Source of the DNA: Microcoleus sp.
GTDB lineage: Bacteria > Cyanobacteriota > Cyanobacteriia > Cyanobacteriales > Microcoleaceae
DNA: 64,000 nt
Direction: 5' to 3'
Assembly: GCA_042408215.1 (NCBI GenBank)
Contig: JAYFMW010000010.1
Span: 64,001-128,000, forward strand
Part shown: positions 56,005-64,000 of the stretch, piece by piece
How the letters are laid out: each line of letters begins with the position of its first letter
Numbering within the stretch: position 1 is the first letter of the stretch
Translations under genes and position numbers: made by a program
The notes under the pieces: generated by a model
Database searches by the model: none
What the model saw: the letters and a program-made list of their open reading frames with translations, nothing else
Told to the model about the DNA's origin: nothing

Positions 56005-57696
56005 TTAGAACAGGGGTTCCAGTTTAGGAGTTGGGGCATTGGGGAGAGAGGGCGAGGGTTGTGGCGTTGCTGCCGGCTCGCTACTATCAGATGGGGGTCT
56101 AAAAAGGTCGTCAGGAGCTGGTGTTGGTTGGGGGCTGGGGGCTTGGCGGATGGAAATTTCAATGTCTTGAATTTGACGATCGCACTCTGCTAAACGAGCT
56201 TTCACTTGGTCAGCAACGAAGGAATCGGGAGCAATTGCTTTGAGTTTGTCTGCTGCTTGAGTCCACGCAGCTTTCTGTTTTGATAATTCGGTTTCTTTTC
56301 GCGCATTGGCTGCGATCGCCAGAGCTTCTTCTAATTGCTTCTGAGCTTGTTGTTCTCTGGTCAAATGCGCTTCCATCGCCGTCAACTCGCTTTGATAGGA
56401 AGGTAACAGCTTTTGGGCGTCGGGGTAGACTTTGGCCGTTGGCGGAATACTTGATAGTTGGTCGATCGCGTTTTTCAGGCGATCGCGAGCCGTCTGCAAC
56501 TCTTGGTCTGTTTGAGCATTTTGCCCTAAAACACGGGCGTCAGCAGCCTGTTTGACCGCGCTGTTGTAACTTTCGTTAAAGGGTTTATCCGCAGCACAGT
56601 TGTTCAGAATCCCGCATAAAAAACCGATGCGAGGCGACTCCAGACTAACAATCCCACCTACTAGCAGCAGAGTTGGTAGGACAATCAGGGCGATCGTTTT
56701 CCATCGAGATGTACGATCGGGGATTGGAAGCTGTGGATTTCGATGATAATTTACAGGCTGGTATGGATTGACGGGATTTTGACTCTCAGTAGAAAGTTGA
56801 GTCGGAGGTAGTCCAGGATCGGAACTCACTTCAGTTTTTGATGAACTCATAATAGTTTTTCTTTGTGTTTGGCTATTATCGAGAGCATTTAATACTTCTC
56901 TCGCTGACTGATAGCGATCGCTCGGTTTTTTCTCCAACATCCTATCAAGTATCCCAGCCACTGTGTCGCTGACATTCGCGTGCGATCGCCACTCCCACTC
57001 CGCATCATAATTAATCAAACTATTTGGTTCTTTACCAGTTAACAAGACGATCGCCGTCACAGCCAAAGCATACAAATCGCTATTCGGGTAACACTCGCCA
57101 CCCCGCAACTGTTCCGATGGACAATAAGCTGCTTTTCCCACCTGGGTAGGTTGGTGAGAATTAGCAACACCACCGCCAGTTGCGAGCTGTGTTTCCGCAT
57201 ATTTAACCACCCCGAAATCAATCAGCACCGGTTTTGGTTTACCATTTGGCAGCATGATATTATCCGGCGAAATATCTCGGTGAATAATCCCTTTTCCGTG
57301 AATATATTGGAGGACTTCCAGAAGTTCCCGTAGCCATTCAACGATATCTTTTTCAGAAAATGTTTGACCTTTCCGTAAATCTCCGTAAGTTTGACCGTTG
57401 ACAAATTCCTGAACAATAAACAAGCGGCTATTTTCCTCAAACCAATCCATAAACTCTGGGATTTGGCGGTGATTTAGCTTGGATAAAATCTTGGCTTCTC
57501 GCTCAAATAATTCCCTAGCTTTTCGCAATTCCTCTGGATTAGTATTTCTAGGAGCAAACTCCTTGAGAACGCAGTTATTTCCTTGTTGATTATCTAACGC
57601 TAAATAAGTGCGACCAAATCCACCTTGACCCAGAATGTGGTCAATTAGGTAGCGGTTTTTAATCAAAGTTCCAGCCGATAGTTCTGGTAATATCAC
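56005..57696 (-). CDS. Membrane Ser/Thr protein kinase with a helical extracytoplasmic domain
   Basis: LGQGGFG, VLKEF, HRDISPDN, DFG, SDLYAL; TM helix near aa 335-352. Confidence 0.9.
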   Translation of the reverse strand: MILPELSAGTLIKNRYLIDHILGQGGFGRTYLALDNQQGNNCVLKEFAPRNTNPEELRKARELFEREAKILSKLNHRQIPEFMDWFEENSRLFIVQEFVNGQTYGDLRKGQTFSEKDIVEWLRELLEVLQYIHGKGIIHRDISPDNIMLPNGKPKPVLIDFGVVKYAETQLATGGGVANSHQPTQVGKAAYCPSEQLRGGECYPNSDLYALAVTAIVLLTGKEPNSLINYDAEWEWRSHANVSDTVAGILDRMLEKKPSDRYQSAREVLNALDNSQTQRKTIMSSSKTEVSSDPGLPPTQLSTESQNPVNPYQPVNYHRNPQLPIPDRTSRWKTIALIVLPTLLLVGGIVSLESPRIGFLCGILNNCAADKPFNESYNSAVKQAADARVLGQNAQTDQELQTARDRLKNAIDQLSSIPPTAKVYPDAQKLLPSYQSELTAMEAHLTREQQAQKQLEEALAIAANARKETELSKQKAAWTQAADKLKAIAPDSFVADQVKARLAECDRQIQDIEISIRQAPSPQPTPAPDDLFRPPSDSSEPAATPQPSPSLPNAPTPKLEPLF

Positions 57697-57737
57697 TCTC
57701 TTGATTAACCTCTTGTAACTGGTTCCTAGGCTGTGCC

Positions 57738-57956
57738 CATTGGTGACAACTTAAGACTAAAACCCTTGATAAATCTCGTTTATATGCCGAGCCTAGATCC
57801 CCCTAAATCCCCCTTAAGAAGGGAGTAGGGTGTGAGTAGGGGGTGAGGAAAGAGAAGACTCCGGTTCCCCCCTTCTTAAGGGGGGCTAGGGGGGATCTAA
57901 GTTTAATAGTTAAGCAGCAGTCTGTGGATGGGTTTGAACTTAAGTTGTCACCAATG
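57738..57956. mobile_element. MITE, CATTGGTG[A]CAACTTAAG family
   Basis: Perfect 18-bp termini; flanks are also inverted (GTTCCTAGGCTGTGC / GCACAGCCTAGGAAC). Confidence 0.82.
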
Positions 57957-57991
57957 AGCACAGCCTAGGAACGAGTAGACTACAAAAACCT

Positions 57992-60900
57992 TTAACCAAC
58001 TTGAGTTAGCCGCGTACCGCACTTAGCACAGAATTTCGAGCTAGTTGGATTTTTGTGGCCGCAGCTAGTACAAAACACAAAATCTTGCTGAGGTACTGTC
58101 GGCGGTTGAATTGGCGCTGGCGAAACACCGCCAGGAGGATTAATGACAGTAGTAGTAGTATAAATTCCGTCCAATTTCTGAGTGACTCCGGTTTCATTTG
58201 CTAGAGGCGAAGTTGGATTTAAACTACCAGCCCCCGGTGGCAAAAACTTGTAAGTTTCTATCACCTCTTGAATAATCTTGACCTCTCGTTTATAAACAGG
58301 ACTATCTTTTCCTCCTTCTTTATCTAATTCCGTCTCCCGCACATCAAGATATGCTGTCAATTGACCGTATAACTGTTGTTTTTGTGGCACTGTTTCCGCC
58401 CCATTCAGGATTGCAGTCACCTGTTTTTGAATCTCTTCCTTATCAGGACGACAGGCCACAACTGCCAAAACTTGCACCGTTTCTTCCCAGCTAGAAGCAA
58501 GATCTACATTCTCTTGACCCAGCACAGTTTTTACCGTGTAGCGGATCGCTTTTTCCTTCGTATTGCGGTTTTCTTCTGGTCGCAAAACCCGTAATGCTCG
58601 TGCTTGCACTACCAATTTTAAAATTTTCTCATCCTCTGGAAATACATCCCAAAAAGGCGCTTCTTTTTGAATATGAACTGGGATAGGAGCATCTTTGCTT
58701 TCTCCCCGTGCTTGTGCTCTTTTTGCTTGGATTGATTGGCCTTTCCAATCTTGATAAGATTGTTGCAATTCCCGCATTCCTTCAATACAGCGCAGCGAAA
58801 AACCGCCAACTTCTTGCACAAAAACAATCCGGTGGCGTTCCGCTTCTCCCAGCGGGGTAATTGCATCGCTACTACCCACCCGTTCTCGGATCAAAGGAAT
58901 TAATTTGATGGCGGCTGCTTCAGTGCTGTTACGCCCACCAACCAGGGCTGCTTTGGTATTGAGTGCTGGCGTAAAGCCCGCATCTTTGCCCCTCATTATC
59001 GGCTCGGAAAGCAAAATTAGGGGTTTAGATTTATTGTAGGCGATCGCCAATTGACTGCGGATGTCTGTTTCATCATTTTTAAACATTTTGTACAGTCCAT
59101 CACAGGCTGCCAAATCTCGCTTCAAGCGACTGCTGTTAGGTGCATTATTGATGACTAACCGCGTTTTTTCATCAATAATTTCCTTGAAATCTGGATCTTG
59201 CACATCCTGCAATTGCGGCAAATCAAACAGTCGCATCACCTCATCCGCCTCCCGGTTTTGTTTCCACATCGGACTAGCTTCTGCGAGCACTTGCTTCGAC
59301 AAATTGCTGCAAGTTCCGTCCATCCCCAATTCATACTTGCTTTTCGCACCTTCAGAAGCACCTGCTAATTGCTCGATCGCATCTCGGTACAAATCATTTA
59401 GCTGTTGACGGTCAAACAATTTGATACCATTAATTACCAACACATCAGCACTACTTGCTTGTTGGTCTGCTGCTTTTTGAAAGTCATCACGATTTTGGCG
59501 CAACTTTTGATTTAAGCGAGCCAAACGGCTTTCTAACTCTGTTAAATGCTCTTGCAGCCTGACAATTACTTCCAATCCCAAGGATCTCGATTTGCGCTGA
59601 ATAATTGCAATCAAACTCCCCTCTAACCCGCTGATAGCCGTAGCACAATACTTTTCCATAATGTCTTGTTTGCTCAAACCAAACTGCTCTTGGGAGTGTC
59701 TAATATCTTCCAAACCCTTTTGGTATTGTTGCTGGAAACGAACCTCATTTGGCTCCCAAACTTTTTCGGCTTCCCGGCGAAACTTTTCCACAGCATTTTG
59801 AAAAATCTGTCGCACTGTGGTGATAAAAGCATCAGCAAATTTCGGCCCTTTGTTGCGGTCTTCAAGAATCGTATAAAACTCAGCTTCTAGGGTTTTGCGT
59901 CCTTCTTTGATAATCCGGTTGCGGTTGTCATACATTTTTTGCAAGTAATCGCCATGTAGTCGCTCGTCGGGACTCATTTCACGCAGGTGATCGTTGCGAT
60001 ATTCCTCAACTTTTTTCTGCAAGTAATTGACAAATTCTAGAATTTTGCCTTTTTCCGATCCGAAAATACCCAAGAATCCTTGTTGAGTGGATTGCAGTTT
60101 GTTATCTGCATTAATTTCATTACGGATACTGTTTACCCAGTTGGAAAGTTCTGCTAAATAAGACTTATCGCCCGCAGCACTCAAATCTGTCAACATTTCC
60201 ATTTCTGTCAGCCGAATCCGCTTGAGGTCACTTTGTACAACCTCCAACAAATTGGGAACTAATACCACAGATTCGTTCAGCCACCAACTCACAAAATCCG
60301 CCGCTAGCCGATTGGATAAAGATGTGCGAATCTGGGCGATGGGAATTTCAATTGTGGACAGCCCAAAACTCATAAATTGTTTGGAATAGCCGCGGCCACC
60401 AGGGTCTGCTTGGGCCCAAGAACCTTTAATATTATCTCGGATCGATCGCTTGTGGGGAGCAAAATCTGAGGTCAAGTCCAGAAAGATATTCTGACCGATC
60501 ATTTCCCGAATTTGGTCGAGGGGAAATTCAGTTTCACCGTTTTTAGTTCCGACTAAATAAGTGAAGTCAAAAGCAGGTCTTTTGTCGCGGATTTCATCGA
60601 TTAAACCAGCACTATACTGCACTGAATACTCTGTACGGTAGTCGGAGAAATAGCTCAATTCCATTAGGGCTGCGTAGCCGTTAGCTAAAACCCGATCGCC
60701 TACATTGATACCAGCAAAAGCATTAGGCATCGGCACAATGGCTGTAGTGGTAGGACTTGACTGTCCTTGTAGCCACTTGCGGACAGCATAGCCGATATCG
60801 ATGAGCATCCCGCTGCCGGTACCGCCAGAAATTGAGCCGGTGATAAACACGTTTACGGAGTTACTGTTTACCTTGACGTTATATTTGTCCAGCATAAAAG

Positions 60901-61345
60901 TGTCGTGACCTTTTACGCGATCGCACGCTGAATTAAATGCTTGTTTAATCTTATGATAGTTGTGAAAAAATGCAAATCGACCGCAGGCACGAATCTGTCC
61001 GGCTCCCGCTTCTAAAGCCGTCATATTTCGCTCTAATTCATTGGGAAACCAAGCTTCAATCCAGGGGAAGTTGTCCATGTTGGACATGATATTTTCAACT
61101 TCATTACCGCTGACTTTAGCAAAGTATTTCTCGTTGTCCTTAAATGGAGTTCCACCCGCACCAGGATTATTTAGTTTGTATTCTTTGTCTGTGTCAATTA
61201 CCAGAAAACTAATAATCGGAAAATTCTTCAAACTCCCATAAGTTTCTTCTACTAAACGGCGCACTCTTGCCAGCACTTCATTACCCGTTCCTCCTACTCC
61301 GATTAAAACAGTAGGAACCATACTTTTTTCATCAACAGTAGCCAT
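57992..61345 (-). CDS. Tubulin/FtsZ-like GTPase (Tubulin_2 / FtsZl1 type) with a long helical region and a C-terminal zinc ribbon
   Basis: IGVGGTG, IDTD, GAGQIR, GSISGGTGSG signature, NGYAALMEL; CxxC..CxxC at the C-terminus. Confidence 0.88.
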   Translation of the reverse strand: MATVDEKSMVPTVLIGVGGTGNEVLARVRRLVEETYGSLKNFPIISFLVIDTDKEYKLNNPGAGGTPFKDNEKYFAKVSGNEVENIMSNMDNFPWIEAWFPNELERNMTALEAGAGQIRACGRFAFFHNYHKIKQAFNSACDRVKGHDTFMLDKYNVKVNSNSVNVFITGSISGGTGSGMLIDIGYAVRKWLQGQSSPTTTAIVPMPNAFAGINVGDRVLANGYAALMELSYFSDYRTEYSVQYSAGLIDEIRDKRPAFDFTYLVGTKNGETEFPLDQIREMIGQNIFLDLTSDFAPHKRSIRDNIKGSWAQADPGGRGYSKQFMSFGLSTIEIPIAQIRTSLSNRLAADFVSWWLNESVVLVPNLLEVVQSDLKRIRLTEMEMLTDLSAAGDKSYLAELSNWVNSIRNEINADNKLQSTQQGFLGIFGSEKGKILEFVNYLQKKVEEYRNDHLREMSPDERLHGDYLQKMYDNRNRIIKEGRKTLEAEFYTILEDRNKGPKFADAFITTVRQIFQNAVEKFRREAEKVWEPNEVRFQQQYQKGLEDIRHSQEQFGLSKQDIMEKYCATAISGLEGSLIAIIQRKSRSLGLEVIVRLQEHLTELESRLARLNQKLRQNRDDFQKAADQQASSADVLVINGIKLFDRQQLNDLYRDAIEQLAGASEGAKSKYELGMDGTCSNLSKQVLAEASPMWKQNREADEVMRLFDLPQLQDVQDPDFKEIIDEKTRLVINNAPNSSRLKRDLAACDGLYKMFKNDETDIRSQLAIAYNKSKPLILLSEPIMRGKDAGFTPALNTKAALVGGRNSTEAAAIKLIPLIRERVGSSDAITPLGEAERHRIVFVQEVGGFSLRCIEGMRELQQSYQDWKGQSIQAKRAQARGESKDAPIPVHIQKEAPFWDVFPEDEKILKLVVQARALRVLRPEENRNTKEKAIRYTVKTVLGQENVDLASSWEETVQVLAVVACRPDKEEIQKQVTAILNGAETVPQKQQLYGQLTAYLDVRETELDKEGGKDSPVYKREVKIIQEVIETYKFLPPGAGSLNPTSPLANETGVTQKLDGIYTTTTVINPPGGVSPAPIQPPTVPQQDFVFCTSCGHKNPTSSKFCAKCGTRLTQVG

Positions 61346-61436
61346 AAGACTCCTCCTTTTTGTTTTTAATTAACCTTGCTGTCAGCTTAATGTCAAACGT
61401 AGTACCAGCTTATTGTCTTCTTTCTACATTCCTCTC

Positions 61437-61541
61437 GATCCCCCCTAACCAAGAGGGCGGGCACGGGGGCACCGCCCCTACAAGGGGGGAACCGGAGCAT
61501 TCAAAGTCCCCCTTCTTAAGGGGGATTTAGGGGGATCGAGA
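61437..61541. repeat. CCCCCTTCTTAAGGGGG palindromic element interrupted by a REP
   Basis: GATCCCCCCTAA...TTAGGGGGATC arms with GGGCGG..CCGCCCCTAC inserted. Confidence 0.65.
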
Positions 61542-61577
61542 CTCGAATAAAAGCGACATTTATCGTTGATTTGAGGC

Positions 61578-62492
61578 TTAACAACCATCACCAAAAATTG
61601 GCAAACCAACTAATTTCCAGATAATGCTAGGCGTACTTGCAGTCCAGAAAAAAGCATTTCCCAAAGCCGCCTGACCTGCTACAGTCATGTTCATCTTCAT
61701 AGTGCCTTGAAACAACCACCGATCGAGCGGCATCGTCAGCGTCCACATCAAAGCAATCCAAGCAGCACCCAACCAAAAAATCACCCATTTAATGTTACTA
61801 TTGAGCTTGGGAAATATTTTTTCTGTAAATGAAGTATTGAGATTAACATCGGCACCGGAAATATAAATTCCTCCTGTTTCTAAAGTAGCTTGTTTTAGCG
61901 GCTCGAAACTTTTACCTCCGAAGGTAATGCCATTGATTTTAACTTTTTGAGCTGCGGCTTCGCTGACACTTTGCGGGGAAAGTTCAATGCCAGCATCGCT
62001 AACAATCACAATTTCGCGACAGCTATTTGGCACGGTTTTAAAAGCATTTAATGCCTGCCGAATAGGAACATCTAGGCTGTCTTGGGGAGGTTCTGGTTGG
62101 ATAGATTTAGGCAGATTGGGGTCTTGCAAAGCTCGGACTAATTCTGCTTCTACCTTTTTGGTATCTGAACTAAAGTTACTGGTTAATGCTGGAGCTTTGC
62201 CGCCGCCAATCCCAAAGACTTGAATTGTATTTGGGTTTGTTCCTAATTTAGAATTTACCTCTAAATAGGCTTTCACTGCGGCTACTTCTTGCTGCATAAT
62301 TGTACCCGGAGCATTGAAGGCTTGCGGCTGGTAGGTGCTGCTGCTTAAATCGAGGGCGATCGCCACGGCAATATTTGGTCTACCCAACCCGAATATGCCA
62401 AACAGTGCAGCAGCAATTAAACAGAAGCACAGCACAATTAATGGTCTCTGAAATAAAGGATTTTGCCACAGCGGGCGTTGATTTCTAATCAC
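61578..62492 (-). CDS. Membrane-anchored von Willebrand factor A domain protein
   Basis: N-terminal TM helix, MIDAS DLSSS, IVIVSD, TGG, C-terminal TM helices. Confidence 0.85.
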   Translation of the reverse strand: MIRNQRPLWQNPLFQRPLIVLCFCLIAAALFGIFGLGRPNIAVAIALDLSSSTYQPQAFNAPGTIMQQEVAAVKAYLEVNSKLGTNPNTIQVFGIGGGKAPALTSNFSSDTKKVEAELVRALQDPNLPKSIQPEPPQDSLDVPIRQALNAFKTVPNSCREIVIVSDAGIELSPQSVSEAAAQKVKINGITFGGKSFEPLKQATLETGGIYISGADVNLNTSFTEKIFPKLNSNIKWVIFWLGAAWIALMWTLTMPLDRWLFQGTMKMNMTVAGQAALGNAFFWTASTPSIIWKLVGLPIFGDGC

Positions 62493-62528
62493 CGATCGAC
62501 CTATAGTAGTTTTAACTTAATTGGCAAA

Positions 62529-63989
62529 CTATTTAACAGCATCGAACTGATATTTAGACCCCGGAGGGCCGTCTTTACCTTCGACAGTTGTCACTAAGGG
62601 AATCTCTTTGAACAGGTCAAATTCCTTAGCAGTTCCCGATATCAGAGTTCCTTGGGTGAGGAACTTGACTGTTCCCTCGCGGGTAGGATTGCTGCTGATT
62701 GCTGCTGTTAAAGCTTGGGTGGCATCGAAAGCAGTTGCAGTTCGCCAACTGACTCGTCCTTTCCACATCTCGGAGGCTTGTTTGGAAAAAGGATCGTCTT
62801 TTTCCCACCTCCAAGGAACGGCTAGCACTAAATCTTTAATTGCATCTCCTCCTTTGATTAAAGTAGTAGGATTATACAGTTCACTGCCTCCCATTAATGC
62901 TAAAGGTGGGGATGTATCTTTGTTGGCTTGGGCGATCGCGATCGCCTGTTCTACTTGGTCTTTGCTCATCGCCATAAATACCACATTTGCTCCCGCTTTG
63001 CTCGCATCAGCGACAGCAGATTTGGCATCAAAAGTTGCACCAGCTTTGATGTCAACTTCTTTGACAATTTTGCCGCTAGCTTTTGGCACTTCCAGGACTA
63101 ATAGTTCCTTGAGTTGCTTGCTGTAAACGCTGTCGGAGTTGTAGAAAATTGCGATCGCGGCTGGCGAGTGAGTTTTATTAGCATAATTGGCGACTGTTTC
63201 CCCAAGTTTTTGGAGGTAAGTTTTCAGCATCTCATCGGTTTTTTCCAGCAACTTGGTTAGTTTCAAGGTCGCTTTGTTGGAAGAGTCGATAGAAACGCTG
63301 GAACTGACAGGCGAAATTGCTGCTAATCCTGCGGTTTCATAGGTTTTGATAGCATCTTGAGCACCGCTGTCAATGCCGTGTCCCAAAACTCCCAAAACGC
63401 TGGGAGAGTTAACCAAGTCTTGGGCGATCGACACAGTTTTGCCAACTTCGTCATTAACAATTACAATTTCTAATAATCGACCGGGAACCGTTGGACTTTT
63501 GTTGAATTGCTCTTGATATAAAGCTGCTCCTCGAAGCACTTCTTTAGCTGCATCAGCACTGGCACTGATGGGAACTACTACGGCTATTGTTAGGGGATTT
63601 CCTGTTTTTTGAGCCGTCGCATTGTTGAGGTAAATTTTAGTTTCTGGGTCGTTGGGGTCGGTTTTCGCAGCTTGTTGATACTTGGCGATCGCATCATCCC
63701 AATTTTTGCCTACAAATGCAGCAGCCCCAGCTTGTTTTTCAGCATCAGCTTTGCCGCCTGTTAGCAGAATTTTTTCCCCTTGACTAATCAGCGCGGCGTT
63801 GACTGCTTTAGAGCTGAGGAATTCACCTGATGGAGCAATAGTTGTTGTGGGACTAAAAGAAGGTGTGCCTCCACCCGTTGACCCGGAATACTCTGGCGTT
63901 TTGTCTGAAAACGCTTTGTACAAACCAAATCCGCCACCACCGACGACTAATACTCCTGCTACAGCCATCAGAATTTTTTTGATTGGCAA
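62529..63989 (-). CDS. Membrane-anchored LivJ-type (ABC branched-chain) substrate-binding protein
   Basis: N-terminal TM helix, DPNDPET.IYLNNA, TIAVVVP, VLGH, AIFYNS.S.YS, VSWRTATAFDA. Confidence 0.82.
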   Translation of the reverse strand: MPIKKILMAVAGVLVVGGGGFGLYKAFSDKTPEYSGSTGGGTPSFSPTTTIAPSGEFLSSKAVNAALISQGEKILLTGGKADAEKQAGAAAFVGKNWDDAIAKYQQAAKTDPNDPETKIYLNNATAQKTGNPLTIAVVVPISASADAAKEVLRGAALYQEQFNKSPTVPGRLLEIVIVNDEVGKTVSIAQDLVNSPSVLGVLGHGIDSGAQDAIKTYETAGLAAISPVSSSVSIDSSNKATLKLTKLLEKTDEMLKTYLQKLGETVANYANKTHSPAAIAIFYNSDSVYSKQLKELLVLEVPKASGKIVKEVDIKAGATFDAKSAVADASKAGANVVFMAMSKDQVEQAIAIAQANKDTSPPLALMGGSELYNPTTLIKGGDAIKDLVLAVPWRWEKDDPFSKQASEMWKGRVSWRTATAFDATQALTAAISSNPTREGTVKFLTQGTLISGTAKEFDLFKEIPLVTTVEGKDGPPGSKYQFDAVK

Positions 63990-64000
63990 TTCACGTCCTG

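Overview
This 64 kb window comes from a cyanobacterial chromosome. It has dense HIP1 (GCGATCGC) sites, heptamer STRR tracts, psbM and ccmS, and its repeat families look like a filamentous Oscillatoriales such as Microcoleus/Tychonema (inference). Housekeeping genes are interspersed with many REP/MITE-type repeats. Five things stand out. (1) Two 400-bp non-autonomous IS200/IS605 elements carry a HEARO/omega-RNA but no iscB. Each is inserted exactly in front of a host ATG(A) start codon, and each has a second, covarying ~100-nt structured RNA where the nuclease gene would be. (2) A truncated IS605 tnpB element shares their end hairpin. (3) An 81-repeat CRISPR array with no cas genes in the window (type I-D-like) contains one anomalous duplicated-spacer unit, plus two overlapping spacers that reveal a GTT PAM. 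(4) A 14-kb co-oriented cluster encodes a solute-binding protein, a vWA protein, a tubulin/FtsZ-like GTPase, a Ser/Thr kinase, three COP23 proteins and two trypsin-like proteases. A smaller COP23-protease-kinase locus repeats the pattern, and four cluster proteins share a P-[LV]-[WF] C-terminus. (5) There are several pseudogenes and point lesions. All family assignments are by eye from motifs; no database search was run.
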